DNA of 64,000 nucleotides from an uncultured Reyranella sp. (lineage in GTDB: Bacteria > Pseudomonadota > Alphaproteobacteria > Reyranellales > Reyranellaceae). Shown piece by piece: positions 9,218-19,684 of the stretch; within the stretch, counting starts at the first letter, position 1, and every line of letters starts with the position of its first letter. Both the position numbers and the translations under genes were made by a program. The stretch spans positions 70,008-134,007 of the forward strand of contig CAYQAY010000001.1 of NCBI GenBank assembly GCA_964415585.1, in the 5' to 3' direction. A model generated the notes under the pieces. That model was not told where the DNA came from, did not search any database, and saw nothing but the letters and a program-made list of their open reading frames with translations.

Positions 9218-10212
9218 CGCTGCGGCCTGCCGTCTGCGCGGACGATCCGAACCTTCTGCTGATTCTCACCACCCAACCGCAGCTCGGCCGCGGCGAACAG
9301 CCGATCGACGATCAGCACGTTTCCGTAAGTACGGTAGTTGACGATCTCCGGCTTACCGTCCGGACCGACAATGAAGAGCGGCGGCATCTCGCCCTGCACG
9401 ATGCCCGGCGAGAACTCGATGTAGACCTTGCGCCCATCGTCATAGGCGTTGACGGGTCGCCAGGGCGGACCGTCGCCATCGATCGCGTACCGGTAGCGAC
9501 GCTGTGCCACCTCGGGCAGGACCGGCGCCGATGGCGCCGCGCGAACGCTTTTGCCTCGGCTTCCGGGATAGAACCAGGCGACCGACGGCATGTAGAGCCG
9601 CTCGTGGGCGCGCAGCTCGATCAGATAGGTGCGCCGGTCGGTGTTGACCACGAGGTTGGTCTCGATGGCAGGCCGGGTCGGCTTGACCAGGATGTGAACG
9701 CGACGCGTATCGCCGTTGCCGCTTTCGGTGTCGCCGATGATCCAGCGCACGGTATCGCCGGCCGCCACTGGCCCGGACCCGGTCAGTTGCTCGCCCGGCT
9801 CGAGGGCGATGTCGGTGACCTGTCCCGGTGCGACGTAGATCTGATAAAGCGCGCCCGGGCTGTAGGGGAACACCTGCACGGCGTTGAAATACCCATCGCG
9901 GCGCGGCTCGATACGCGCGGCACCGTTGGCGGCTTCGACCCGGGCGATCGGCTCCTTCGCTTCCACTATGCTGCCGCCGCGCGCCGGCGTCCAAGACGGC
10001 GGAACGTGCAACGACCGCGGCCGATCGTCGATGGGAACCGGCGACACAGGGAGCGGCGGCACGCTCTCGTCGTAGCTGATTTGCGGTGGCTTGGTCGACG
10101 CGCACCCCGCAATCGAGATCAGGGAGATCAGCATGACGGGCCGCGCGGCACTCCGGCAGGCTGCGAGTACAGACGTCCTCGGGACCGGCGCAGTGCCTCT
10201 TTGCTGCATCAT
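9214..10212 (-). CDS. trbG: Conjugal transfer protein TrbG (VirB9 family)
   Basis: Lipoprotein-like signal (...LISLISIAGCAS) and VirB9-like body. The start is taken at MMQQRG (ATGA overlap with the trbF stop) rather than the ORF-track start at 10326. Confidence 0.85.
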   Translation of the reverse strand: MMQQRGTAPVPRTSVLAACRSAARPVMLISLISIAGCASTKPPQISYDESVPPLPVSPVPIDDRPRSLHVPPSWTPARGGSIVEAKEPIARVEAANGAARIEPRRDGYFNAVQVFPYSPGALYQIYVAPGQVTDIALEPGEQLTGSGPVAAGDTVRWIIGDTESGNGDTRRVHILVKPTRPAIETNLVVNTDRRTYLIELRAHERLYMPSVAWFYPGSRGKSVRAAPSAPVLPEVAQRRYRYAIDGDGPPWRPVNAYDDGRKVYIEFSPGIVQGEMPPLFIVGPDGKPEIVNYRTYGNVLIVDRLFAAAELRLGGENQQKVRIVRADGRPQR

Positions 10213-10895
10213 TGTGCGAGCTCCTTTGACCAGTTGATGGCGTTTACGAAGACACCCAGCGGGTTCTTGCGCAGGCGATCGGCATCGCGCGGCGTCTCGA
10301 TCACGATGGTGAGGATGGCGGTCCAACGCTCGGTAGCGGCGAGCTGGCCGCTCTCATACCGGCGTTCGGTCCAGGCCACGCGGAAACTGTCCGGGGATGC
10401 TCGAATGACGCTCGAGACCTCGACGGAGATCTGCATCTTCCCGAGCCTGGCGAAGGGATGGTTGCGGCGGGCGTAGTCGTTCAGCGCCGCGGCGCCGCGA
10501 TCGGTCGTGAACTCGTAGGCGCGCAGCCAGCCTTGGCGCAGCACGACGGCGTCGGCCGGCAGGCCGCGCACGTCCTCGATGAAGCGCGCCAGGTGGAAAG
10601 CGATCTGCGGGTCGGTGGGCCGGTAGGAGGCATCGGCCGGCGCAACGGCCTGCGCCTGGCCGAGCCTGTCGACCTGGACGACCCAGGGCGTGATGGTGCC
10701 GCGGGCCGCCTGCCAGACGAGACCGCCGGCCAAACCGGCCGCTAGGACCAGGCAGCCGAAGGCCATCAAGCGCCAGTTCCTCGCCTGCACCCGCGCCGAG
10801 CCGATGCGGTCATCCCAGACCTGCGCGGCCTTCTGATAAGGCGTCTCCGCTACCGGCGTATGGCCGTAGCGCACGGAAGAACGATTGAACATCAA
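10209..10895 (-). CDS. trbF: Conjugal transfer protein TrbF (VirB8 family)
   Basis: Single TM segment (WRLMAFGCLVLAAGLAGGLVW) followed by a VirB8-like domain. Canonical position between trbL and trbG. Confidence 0.85.
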   Translation of the reverse strand: MMFNRSSVRYGHTPVAETPYQKAAQVWDDRIGSARVQARNWRLMAFGCLVLAAGLAGGLVWQAARGTITPWVVQVDRLGQAQAVAPADASYRPTDPQIAFHLARFIEDVRGLPADAVVLRQGWLRAYEFTTDRGAAALNDYARRNHPFARLGKMQISVEVSSVIRASPDSFRVAWTERRYESGQLAATERWTAILTIVIETPRDADRLRKNPLGVFVNAINWSKELAQ

Positions 10896-12139
10896 CGGTT
10901 CCCTTCGGAGAGATCGACAGACGATCCGCCGCCGCCATGATCGCCGGAGCGGACGGCATGAATGGCGGCCGAGGCGCCATGACTCGCGGCCTGGCTTCGC
11001 CGCATGCGCCGCGCCCAGTCAGGCGGCGCGTCCCGTGGTGCAGGCGCCTCGCCCGCCTCTGCTCCACCGCCGACAGCGGCGCGACCGCCCGCGTCGAAGC
11101 TGGTCGCAAGACTCGACCCAGCCCGGCGGAGCGGACTGACCGCGCCGGACATTCCCGACACGGTCACGCCGGACAAGCCGCCGCCGCGGTAGGCGGCCGC
11201 CGCCCCGCCGGCGAGCGCCGCGGAGCCGCGCGCCGCCCCGGCTACGGCGCTCGCGCCGCCTGCGGCAATGGCGCCTGCCGCGACGCCGAGGCCGCCGGCA
11301 GCCAGGCCGGTCCCCACCGCCGCGCCGGCCCCGAGTTGGGGGCCGCCCGAGACGATGCCGTTGGCGATGCCGGGCCCGAAGATGCCCAGCCCCAGCAGCG
11401 CCAGCGAGGCGAGCACCAGCGCCATGGCATCCTCGATGGAGGGCTGAGCGCCGCCCGATCCCGAGGTGAACTGCGAGAACAGGGTCGAGCCGATGCCGAC
11501 GATGACGGCCAGCACCAGGATCTTCACGCCGGAGGAGACGACGTTGCCCAGCACGCGCTCGGCCAGAAACGCGGTCTTGCTGAAGAGCCCGAAGGGGATG
11601 AGCACAAAGCCCGCCAAGGTCGTCAGCTTGAACTCGATCAGGGTGATGAAGAGCTGGACGGCCAGGATGAAGAAAGCCAGCAGCACCACCACCCAAGCGA
11701 ACAGCAGCACCGCGATCTGGATGAAGTTCTCGAAGAAGCTGACATAGCCCATCAACCCGGAGATCGAGTCGAGAATCGGTCGGCCGGCATCGAGACCGAC
11801 CTGGGCGACGCGCCCCGGGCGCAGAAAGTCGGCCGGCGACAGGCCGGTGCCGGAGGCCTTCAGGCCCAGGCCCGCAAAGCTGTCGAAGACGATGCGGGCG
11901 AGACTGTTCCAGTTGCCGATGAGGTAGGCGAAGATGCCGACGAATATCGTCTTCTTGACGAGGCGCGCGACGACATCCTCGTCCCTGCCCCAGGCCCAGA
12001 ACAGCGCAGCCAGTGTCAAATCGATCGCGGCCAGCGTGGCCGCCAGGAATCCGACCTCGCTGCCCAGAAGCCCGAAGCCACTGTCGATATAGCTGGTGAA
12101 GACTTCGAGGAACCGGTCGATGACGCCTGTGCCGCCCAT
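10892..12139 (-). CDS. trbL: Conjugal transfer protein TrbL (VirB6 family)
   Basis: Polytopic membrane protein with a Gly/Ala-rich C-terminal tail. Canonical position after trbJ. Confidence 0.85.
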   Translation of the reverse strand: MGGTGVIDRFLEVFTSYIDSGFGLLGSEVGFLAATLAAIDLTLAALFWAWGRDEDVVARLVKKTIFVGIFAYLIGNWNSLARIVFDSFAGLGLKASGTGLSPADFLRPGRVAQVGLDAGRPILDSISGLMGYVSFFENFIQIAVLLFAWVVVLLAFFILAVQLFITLIEFKLTTLAGFVLIPFGLFSKTAFLAERVLGNVVSSGVKILVLAVIVGIGSTLFSQFTSGSGGAQPSIEDAMALVLASLALLGLGIFGPGIANGIVSGGPQLGAGAAVGTGLAAGGLGVAAGAIAAGGASAVAGAARGSAALAGGAAAAYRGGGLSGVTVSGMSGAVSPLRRAGSSLATSFDAGGRAAVGGGAEAGEAPAPRDAPPDWARRMRRSQAASHGASAAIHAVRSGDHGGGGSSVDLSEGNR

Positions 12140-12179
12140 CGTCTTTCACTCCGTGGATCGTGCCTACGTGGCGGCGCGC

Positions 12180-12911
12180 TCACTCATGGAACATCCGGAC
12201 GGTCGAGGGCTGATAACCCTGATTGGGCGTGAGGAAGCGCCGGAGCTGCTCCCTCGCCTGATCCTGCGCAGCAACCCGCGCGGCCGCTTCGAGGCTCTGG
12301 GCCCGGCCCTGCGCGGCAACGGCCGCCGTCAGGTCGGCGAGCTGCTGTGCCTGAAGCGCGAGGAGCTGGTTGCCGGCCTGTGCGGCCTCGAGCGCGCCTG
12401 CTGCGCCCTGGCTCGCACCGACGAGGGCGGACATTTCTGAGCGATGGGTGTCGATGTTGCCGACCACTGTCGCCTGGACGCGAAGGGCATCCTGCAATCC
12501 CACCACCGAGTTCTGCCAGCGCGCCTGCGCGTTGGAGATCAGCGCGTAATCCGACAGGTTCGCCGACGCCGGCGCATAGGTCGTCGAGAACGCCTGATCG
12601 ATCTGCTGGACGTCATAGGCGATGTTCTGCGCCTGACCGAGCAATTGCCGGGTCCGGCCGATGGACTGCTGCAGTTGCTGCAGCGAGGAGTACGGCAGGC
12701 TCGTGAGGTGACGCGCCTGGTTGATCAGCATCTGTGCTTCGTTCTGCAGCGACAGGATCTGGTTGTTGACCTGCTGCAAGGTGCGCGCGGCCGTCAGGAG
12801 GTTTTGCGAATAGTTGCTGGGATCGAATACGGTCATCTGAGCGGAAGCCGGCAACGCGCTGCCCGCAATGACGAGGGCAACCGCTACGCCGACACGACGG
12901 ATCGACATCAT
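12180..12911 (-). CDS. trbJ: Conjugal transfer protein TrbJ (VirB5 family)
   Basis: Signal peptide followed by MTVFDPSNYSQNLLTAARTLQQVNNQI, the conserved TrbJ N-terminus, then a coiled-coil body. Confidence 0.9.
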   Translation of the reverse strand: MMSIRRVGVAVALVIAGSALPASAQMTVFDPSNYSQNLLTAARTLQQVNNQILSLQNEAQMLINQARHLTSLPYSSLQQLQQSIGRTRQLLGQAQNIAYDVQQIDQAFSTTYAPASANLSDYALISNAQARWQNSVVGLQDALRVQATVVGNIDTHRSEMSALVGASQGAAGALEAAQAGNQLLALQAQQLADLTAAVAAQGRAQSLEAAARVAAQDQAREQLRRFLTPNQGYQPSTVRMFHE

Positions 12912-15364
12912 GACGATTCTCCTGTGTTGAGGTCCGGGATGAGGTCGGCGGCCCAGGCCACGCCGCGGGCTGGAAGCCAGCCGGCGAGGAAGCCCTTGCG
13001 ACCGTGCTCGGCGAGGATGCGTTCGATCAGCGCCTGGTCGGACTTCGACGAGGCCGCCGTCAGGGCAAGCGCCACCTCGCCGAGGCCGAGTTCGAACAGG
13101 CGGTTGCCGCGGCGGGACTGACAGTAGTAGTCGCGCTTTGGCGTTGCCCGCGCGAGGATCTCGATCTGGCGGTCGTTGAGACCAAAGCGGCGATAGATGG
13201 CGGTGATCTGCGGCTCGATCGCCCGCTCGTTCGGCAGGAAGAGACGAGTCGGACAGCTCTCGATGATGGCCGGCGCGATGGCGGAGCCGTCAATGTCGGA
13301 GAGCGACTGCGTGGCAAAGACAACCGAGGCGTTCTTCTTGCGCAAGGTCTTCAGCCATTCGCGGAGCTGGCCCGCGAAGCCCTCGTCATCGAGGGCCAGC
13401 CAGCCTTCGTCGACGATGAGCAGAGTCGGCCGCCCGTCGAGCCGGGCCTCGATGCGGTGGAAGAGATAGGCAAGGACTGCGGACGCCGCCCCAGTGCCGA
13501 TCAGGCCTTCGGTCTCGAATACCTGGACCGCGCCGTCGCCCAGCCGCTCGGCCTCGGCATCGAGCAGGCGTCCGAAGGAACCGCCCAGGCAGTAAGGTTG
13601 GAGGGCCCGCTTGATCGCCGTCGACTGCAGCAGCACCGACAGGCCTGTGAGCGTGCGCTCACCGAGCGGAGCCGAAGCCAGCGAACCCAGTGCCGACCAT
13701 AGATGATCCTTCACCTCCGGTGTGATCGCGATCTTCTCACGCGCCAGGAGGCCCGAGATCCACTGCGCTGCCCAGCCGCGTTCGGCGATGTCGTCGATGA
13801 GCGCGAGCGGCTGGAGAGCGACAGGTGCGTCAGCATCTTCGGTGAGTGCGCCACCCAGATCGTGCCAATCGCCGCCCATGGCGAGAGCGGTGGCGCGGAT
13901 CGAGCCGCCGAAGTCGAAAGCGAAGACCTGTGCCTTGTCGTAGCGCCGAAACTGCAACGCCATCAGGGCCAGCAGCACGGATTTGCCGGCGCCGGTCGGG
14001 CCGACCACGAGCGTGTGGCCGACATCGCCCACATGAAGGGAGAAGCGGAACGGCGTCGCGCCCTCGGTCCTGCCGAAGAAGAGCGACGGGGCGTCCAGAT
14101 GATCGTCCCGCGCCGGCCCCGCCCAGACCGCGGAGAGCGGAATCATGTGCGCCAGATTGAGCGTGGAGACCGGCGGCTGACGAACATTTGCGTAGGCGTG
14201 TCCCGGCAGGGAACCGAACCAGGCATCGACGGCATTGACGGTTTCCGCCATGCACGTGAAATCCCGCCCCTGGATCACCTTCTCGACGAGGCGCAGCCTC
14301 TCATTGGCGATGCGTGGGTCGTCGTCCCATACCGTGACCGTCACCGTGCAGTAGGCCGCGCCGACCACGTCGGAGCCGAGCTCCTGCAGGGCGGCATCGG
14401 CATCGATCGCCTTGTTATGGGCGTCCGTATCGAGGAGCGTCGATGCCTCGTTGGTCATCACCTCCTTGAGGATCGCGGCGATCGACTTCCTCTTGGCGAA
14501 CCACTGCCGGCGAATCCGGGTCAGGAGCCTGGTGGCGTCGGTCTTGTCGAGCATGATCGCCCGGGTGGACCAGCGATAGGCAAAGGCCAGCCGATTGAGC
14601 TCATCCAGAATCCCCGGTGTGGTCGCTGCCGGGAAGCCCACGATGGTGAGCACGCGCAGATGCGTGTCACCGAGCTTCGGCTCCAGACCGCCCGTCAGTG
14701 GCTGATCGGCCAGCAGCGCATCGAGATACATCGGCACTTCCGGTGCGCGCACGCGCTGGCGCCGGGTCGAGATGCAGGAATGGAGATAGGTCAGCGTCTC
14801 GCCATCGTCGAGCCAGCGGCTTTCAGGCATGAAGCCTTCGAGAAGTTTTAGGACACGATCCGTCCGATCGATAAAACCCGCCAGGATCTCGTGTGCGTCG
14901 GCACCCTCGGCGCGGGCGCGACCCTCGTAGAGAAAGCGCTCGGCTCCGGCAGACTCCCACGCCGGCGGCAGGTAGAGAAAGGTCAAGAGATAGGCCGATT
15001 CGTAGTGAGCGCCCTCCTCTTCGAAAGCGGCCTTCCGCTCGGCATCGACCAGAGCGGAAGCTGCATCCGAGAAGCTGCTCTCCGGATAGGTGCTGGACGG
15101 CTGCCGCTGTGCCTCGACAAAGATCGCCCAGCCGGAGCCTAGGCGACGTAGCGCGTTGTTGAGGCGCCCGGCGACGCCGACGAGCTCGGCCGGCACGGCC
15201 GAGTCGAGATCGGGTCCCCGGAAATGCGCCGTGCGCTGGAAGGACCCATCCTTGTTGAGGACAACGCCTGAAGCAACGAGTCCCGCCCACGGCAGAAAGT
15301 CCGCGAGGCGGGTGGCCGAGCTACGGTATTCGCTGAGGTTCATCATGCCATGGTCCTCACACAC
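12908..15364 (-). CDS. trbE: Conjugal transfer ATPase TrbE (VirB4 family)
   Basis: 818 aa with Walker A VVGPTGAGKSVLL and Walker B LLIVDEGW. The real start may be the MMNLSEYR methionine 18 nt downstream. Confidence 0.95.
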   Translation of the reverse strand: MCEDHGMMNLSEYRSSATRLADFLPWAGLVASGVVLNKDGSFQRTAHFRGPDLDSAVPAELVGVAGRLNNALRRLGSGWAIFVEAQRQPSSTYPESSFSDAASALVDAERKAAFEEEGAHYESAYLLTFLYLPPAWESAGAERFLYEGRARAEGADAHEILAGFIDRTDRVLKLLEGFMPESRWLDDGETLTYLHSCISTRRQRVRAPEVPMYLDALLADQPLTGGLEPKLGDTHLRVLTIVGFPAATTPGILDELNRLAFAYRWSTRAIMLDKTDATRLLTRIRRQWFAKRKSIAAILKEVMTNEASTLLDTDAHNKAIDADAALQELGSDVVGAAYCTVTVTVWDDDPRIANERLRLVEKVIQGRDFTCMAETVNAVDAWFGSLPGHAYANVRQPPVSTLNLAHMIPLSAVWAGPARDDHLDAPSLFFGRTEGATPFRFSLHVGDVGHTLVVGPTGAGKSVLLALMALQFRRYDKAQVFAFDFGGSIRATALAMGGDWHDLGGALTEDADAPVALQPLALIDDIAERGWAAQWISGLLAREKIAITPEVKDHLWSALGSLASAPLGERTLTGLSVLLQSTAIKRALQPYCLGGSFGRLLDAEAERLGDGAVQVFETEGLIGTGAASAVLAYLFHRIEARLDGRPTLLIVDEGWLALDDEGFAGQLREWLKTLRKKNASVVFATQSLSDIDGSAIAPAIIESCPTRLFLPNERAIEPQITAIYRRFGLNDRQIEILARATPKRDYYCQSRRGNRLFELGLGEVALALTAASSKSDQALIERILAEHGRKGFLAGWLPARGVAWAADLIPDLNTGESS

Positions 15365-15620
15365 TCAGCCGACCGGGGATGCGCAGGTGGCGGCGCACTA
15401 CGTCGACGAACAGTGGGTCGCGTCTGGCTGCCCAGACCGCCAGGCCATGACCGATCAGCCAGAGCAGGAGGCCGGCGATCCACAGGCGCAGGCCAAGGCC
15501 GACCGCGGCGGCCAGCGTGCCATTGAGGATCGCGACCGACCGCGGCGCGCCGCCCAGCAGGATCGGCTCGGTCAGGGCGCGGTGAAGCGGCACCACGAGG
15601 CCGGGGACGGGTTCGGTCAT
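15357..15620 (-). CDS. trbD: Conjugal transfer protein TrbD (VirB3 family)
   Basis: 87-aa two-TM protein between trbC and trbE. Confidence 0.85.
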   Translation of the reverse strand: MTEPVPGLVVPLHRALTEPILLGGAPRSVAILNGTLAAAVGLGLRLWIAGLLLWLIGHGLAVWAARRDPLFVDVVRRHLRIPGRLSV

Positions 15621-15946
15621 CAGACCAGGACCCCACCGCCGAAGGAGAAGAACGACAGGAAGAAGCTCGAGGCGGCAAAGGCGATCGAGATGCCGAACAC
15701 GATCTGGATCAGGCGCCTAAAACCGCCGGAGGTGTCGCCGAAGGCCAAGGTGAGGCCGGTGACGATGATGATGATCACGGCAACGATCTTGGCCACGGGA
15801 CCTTCGACCGATTGCAGGACCTGCTGCAATGGCTGCTCCCACGGCATGCTGGAACCCGCCGCGTAGGCCGCCGACGAGAGGGCCAGCAGTATCGATGACA
15901 GAATGGCGGTGGCCGTGACGGCGCGCCGTATCGCGAAGTACATCAT
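15620..15946 (-). CDS. trbC: Conjugative pilin precursor TrbC (VirB2 family)
   Basis: 108 aa counted from MMYFAIRR. Long signal peptide ending AYAAG plus two hydrophobic helices. ATGA overlap with the trbB stop. The 240-aa ORF-track version is an Arg-rich artefact. Confidence 0.85.
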   Translation of the reverse strand: MMYFAIRRAVTATAILSSILLALSSAAYAAGSSMPWEQPLQQVLQSVEGPVAKIVAVIIIIVTGLTLAFGDTSGGFRRLIQIVFGISIAFAASSFFLSFFSFGGGVLV

Positions 15947-16917
15947 TGCCGTTCTCCTGCGGGTGAGAGTGCATAGTCCGAGTCGTCGCCGAGACCATTT
16001 ACGCCGGCGAGCTCGGTCAACCGGCGAGCCACACCGCGGCCCGACAGCACGGCGATCAGGTCGATCGTCTCGGCGATGAGGGCCCGCGGCACGGTGACGA
16101 CGGCTTCCTGGATGAGCTGTTCTAAGCGCCGCAGCGCACCGATGGCCGTGCCGGCGTGGATGGTACCGATGCCGCCAGGATGACCAGTGCCCCAGGCCTT
16201 CAGGAGATCGAGGGCTTCGGCACCGCGCACTTCGCCGATCGGGATGCGGTCGGGCCGCAGCCGGAGCGATGAGCGCACCAGATCGGACAGCGACGCCACG
16301 CCATCCTTGGTCCGCAATGCCACCAGGTTGGCGGCGCGGCATTGCAGCTCGCGGGTATCCTCGATCAGCACTACCCGGTCGGAAGTCTTGGCCACCTCGG
16401 CCAGGAGCGCATTGGCGAGGGTCGTCTTGCCCGTCGAGGTGCCGCCGGCGACGAGGATGTTTCGACGGTCCACAACGGCCTGCCGGAGTACGTCGGCCTG
16501 GCCGGCCGTCATGATGCCAGCCGCGGCGTAGTCCTCGAGGGTGAAGACGGCGACCGCAGGCTTGCGGATTGCGAAGGATGGCGCTGCGACGACAGGAGGG
16601 AGGAGCCCTTCGAAGCGCTCTCCCGTCTCGGGCAGCTCCGCCGACACGCGCGGGCTGCCAGGATGGACCTCGGTGCCGACATGATGGGCGACCAACCGCA
16701 CGATGCGCTCGCCCTCGGCGGGCGCGAGCCGCTCTTGGGTCGCGACCAGGCCGCTCGAAAGCCGGTCGACCCAGAGCCGCCCATCGGGGTTCAGCATCAC
16801 CTCGACAACGGAGGAATCTTCGAGCCAGGCGGCGATAGCCGGACCCAAGGCGGTACGCAGCATGCGGGCGCCGCGGGAGATCACCTCAGCCTGGAAGGAA
16901 TGGACCGTCACCGTCAC
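15943..16917 (-). CDS. trbB: Conjugal transfer ATPase TrbB (VirB11 family)
   Basis: Walker [25 protein letters not shown] Walker B and a His-box region, as in VirB11/PulE-type traffic ATPases. Confidence 0.95.
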   Translation of the reverse strand: MTVTVHSFQAEVISRGARMLRTALGPAIAAWLEDSSVVEVMLNPDGRLWVDRLSSGLVATQERLAPAEGERIVRLVAHHVGTEVHPGSPRVSAELPETGERFEGLLPPVVAAPSFAIRKPAVAVFTLEDYAAAGIMTAGQADVLRQAVVDRRNILVAGGTSTGKTTLANALLAEVAKTSDRVVLIEDTRELQCRAANLVALRTKDGVASLSDLVRSSLRLRPDRIPIGEVRGAEALDLLKAWGTGHPGGIGTIHAGTAIGALRRLEQLIQEAVVTVPRALIAETIDLIAVLSGRGVARRLTELAGVNGLGDDSDYALSPAGERQ

Positions 16918-17051
16918 CCCGATTGCAGGACCGTCCGAGGAGCGGTCGTGGAATGGGATCGATTAGAAGGAGGAGGAAATGGGTCGGCGCAACAAGGCCG
17001 AAGGGGGCGTAGTGTCCTGGCGTGCAAAGGCAGGCGGACGGCGGTCCGGCC

Positions 17052-17492
17052 TCAGGTCGTATCGCCGCGCTCGTCTGTTGCTGGCTCTCTCGGCTCGATG
17101 TCCTGGGAGATCTCGTCGGCCAAGGTTCGACCTTTTGCCAAACGTCGCCCGAGTGCCTCGACGTAACCTTCGTAACGCTCCCGGCCCTTGGCCTGCGCGC
17201 CCGGCTGCGCTGTATCCGGCAGAGGTGGAGTCGCCGTCAGCCAGAAGCGTACGAAGAGCGCCAACGCTTCATTGGAGATGGTGACATGGCGCTCCAGCCG
17301 TTCGACCTGCCGGATGAGCCGGTCCAGTCGGCGACCGAGCGCCCCTTCCAGCCTTTCGGAACCGTCCGGTGACAGGAAGGATGCGAGGGCGGTTTCCACG
17401 ATGAGCGCCTGCGGCACGCGCTTGCGCTGTGCATAGTCGGCGAGCTTGATCGCCAGATCGGGCGGCAGGCGGAACGTATGCTTGGTCCGCAT
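17052..17492 (-). CDS. Ribbon-helix-helix (CopG-like) protein between traG and trbB
   Basis: N-terminus MRTKHTFRLPPDLAIKLADYAQRKRVPQALIVETAL has an RHH pattern. This is the conserved position in Tn4371-like elements. Confidence 0.7.
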   Translation of the reverse strand: MRTKHTFRLPPDLAIKLADYAQRKRVPQALIVETALASFLSPDGSERLEGALGRRLDRLIRQVERLERHVTISNEALALFVRFWLTATPPLPDTAQPGAQAKGRERYEGYVEALGRRLAKGRTLADEISQDIEPREPATDERGDTT

Positions 17493-17500
17493 CCGGCGGC

Positions 17501-19498
17501 TCAGAGGTCGATACCGTCGCCGGGATCCAATACGGCCTGGCGGGCGAGACCTCGGGCGGCGGCGCGCAACGCTCGAGCGCGCACGGCGTCCTCGTCGGGC
17601 TCATCCTCGCCAAACGCGAACTCCGGTGAGGGCGTAGGAGGCTCGGGTGCGATGTCTTCATGCTCGGCAAGCTCCGGCTCTCGGCGGATTCCGCCGTTGG
17701 CGGGATCATCGACGGGATGCACCGCACGCGGCCCCGTCGCTCCCTTTTCGCCTTCCGGACTCGCCGGAATAGACGCACCGCTCCAGTCATCCGCCGCCGT
17801 GCTGGCAACCCTCGGCCTTTCCGGCTTCGGTGCAGGAAACAGACGCTCCGTCAGGCGCGGATCCTCGTAATACCGTGCCTTCCTGGCCCGAATGGGTGGA
17901 CAGCCTGAGACCAGCACCAGTTCGTCGGTGGCCGGCAACTGCATCACCTCGCCGGGCGTCAACAGCGGTCGCGCCGTCTCCTGCCGCGAAACCATGAGGT
18001 GACCGAGCCAGGGACTGAGCCTATGGCCGGCATAGTTCCTCGCATCGCGAATCTCGGTGGCGGTGCCGAGCGCATCCGAAACGCGCTTGGCAGTCCGCTC
18101 GTCGTTGGTGGCGAAGGAGACGCGCACATGGCAGTTGTCGAGAATGGCATTGTTCGGGCCGTACGCCTTCTCGATCTGGTTGAGCGACTGGGCGATGAGA
18201 AAGCTCTTCAGCCCGTATCCGGCCATGAAGGCGAGCGCGGATTCGAAGAAGTCGAGGCGACCCAATGCGGGGAACTCATCGAGCATGAGCAGCAGCCTGT
18301 GCCGCCGGCCCTTGGCATGGAGCTCTTCGGTCAGCCGACGGCCGATCTGGTTCAACACGAGCCGCACCAGCGGCTTGGTCCGGCTGATGTCGGATGGCGG
18401 CACGACGAGATAAAGGCTTGTCGGCCGCTCATTCTCGACAAGATCGCGGATACGCCAGTCGCAGCGGCAGGTCACCTGGGCCACCACGGGATCCCGGTAC
18501 AGGCCGAGGAAGGACATGGCAGTCGAGAGCACGCCGGAGCGCTCGTTCTCGCTCTTGTTCAGCAGTTCCCGGGCGGCCGAGGCGATCACCGGATGGGTCC
18601 CGGCTTCTCCGAGATGTGGCGTCGTCATCATCGCCCGGAGCGTCGTCTCGATCGGCTGCTTCGGATCGGACAGGAAGGCCGCGACGCCGGCCAGCGTCTT
18701 GTCCTGCCCCGCATAAAGGACATGCAGGATCGCGCCGACCAGCAGGGCGTGGCTGGTCTTTTCCCAATGGTTCCGGCGCTCCAGCGCCCCCTCGGGGTCG
18801 ACAAGGACGTCGGCAATGTTCTGGACGTCGCGGACCTCCCATTCTCCCCGACGGACCTCGAGCAGCGGGTTGTAGGCAGCCGACTCCGCATTGGTCGGGT
18901 CGAACAGCAGCACGCGGCCATGCCGTGACCGGAAGCCCGAGGTCAGCTCCCAGTTCTCGCCCTTGATGTCGTGCACGATCGAGCTGCCCGGCCAGGTCAG
19001 CAGGGTCGGCACAACCAGGCCGACACCCTTCCCGCTACGCGTCGGCGCAAAGCAGAGGACATGCTCTGGTCCGTCATGACGCAGGTAGTCGGCACCGAGC
19101 TTTCCAAGCACGACCCCGTCCGGGCCGATCAGCCCGGCGATGCGTGCCTCGCGCGCTGTCGCCCAGCGCGCCGAGCCATAGGTGGCCACGTTCTTGGCTT
19201 CGCGTGCGCGCCAGACCGACATGCCGATCGCGACAGCAATCGAGATAAACCCGCCCGAGGCCGCGATGCAGGCGCCTTCGACGAAAATGGAAGGTGCATA
19301 GGCGTCATAGGCGTACCACCACCAGAAGAAGGCCGGTGGGAGGTAGACCGGAACGCCGGCGAGTTCGAACCAGGGCGGCCCGAGCTGGAGCTGATAGCCC
19401 AGCCGCCAGGCCGTCCATTGCGTTGCTCCCCACAGGGTGACGAGCACGATGGCGAAAACGAGGGTCACCTGCCCCCAGAGGATCTTGGTCGCGGACAT
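17501..19498 (-). CDS. traG: Type IV coupling protein TraG/VirD4
   Basis: N-terminal TM helices, Walker A FAPTRSGKGVGLVVPTLL and Walker B LLMLDEF. 665 aa. Confidence 0.95.
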   Translation of the reverse strand: MSATKILWGQVTLVFAIVLVTLWGATQWTAWRLGYQLQLGPPWFELAGVPVYLPPAFFWWWYAYDAYAPSIFVEGACIAASGGFISIAVAIGMSVWRAREAKNVATYGSARWATAREARIAGLIGPDGVVLGKLGADYLRHDGPEHVLCFAPTRSGKGVGLVVPTLLTWPGSSIVHDIKGENWELTSGFRSRHGRVLLFDPTNAESAAYNPLLEVRRGEWEVRDVQNIADVLVDPEGALERRNHWEKTSHALLVGAILHVLYAGQDKTLAGVAAFLSDPKQPIETTLRAMMTTPHLGEAGTHPVIASAARELLNKSENERSGVLSTAMSFLGLYRDPVVAQVTCRCDWRIRDLVENERPTSLYLVVPPSDISRTKPLVRLVLNQIGRRLTEELHAKGRRHRLLLMLDEFPALGRLDFFESALAFMAGYGLKSFLIAQSLNQIEKAYGPNNAILDNCHVRVSFATNDERTAKRVSDALGTATEIRDARNYAGHRLSPWLGHLMVSRQETARPLLTPGEVMQLPATDELVLVSGCPPIRARKARYYEDPRLTERLFPAPKPERPRVASTAADDWSGASIPASPEGEKGATGPRAVHPVDDPANGGIRREPELAEHEDIAPEPPTPSPEFAFGEDEPDEDAVRARALRAAARGLARQAVLDPGDGIDL

Positions 19499-19684
19499 AG
19501 CGACGCAAGATCAGGCCGTCACTCGTCGTCAGTACAAGAGCAGGATCACGCGGAGCGCCCACGCGGCGGCCCTGGCGTGCAATTCGGAAACTGGATCAGA
19601 CCGCTTGAACGCCACTGTGGATGACGAAATGAAGAGCCGCTGTCGAGCCGGGAGACGGTCTTCACGCCTTCGCTCGCTCACTGG

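Noticed and set aside
9172..10476. Long ORFs antisense to or overlapping well-supported genes. Examples: 326..1012(-), 1139..2104(-), 3169..4257(-), 9172..10476(+), 10937..12232(+), 13703..14851(+), 20111..21922(+), 32124..33761(+), 37000..37998(+), 44404..45678(+), 46923..48686(+).
   Set aside because: These are typical shadow ORFs of high-GC DNA. They have Arg/Pro/Gly/Ala-rich low-complexity translations and no recognisable motifs, and each lies opposite a gene with strong family signatures.
12140..12179. Possible missing trbK (entry exclusion) between trbJ and trbL, and missing trbH.
   Set aside because: The gap is only 40 nt and holds no ORF. Absence of trbK/trbH is normal for many non-IncP trb operons, so it is not reported as an anomaly.
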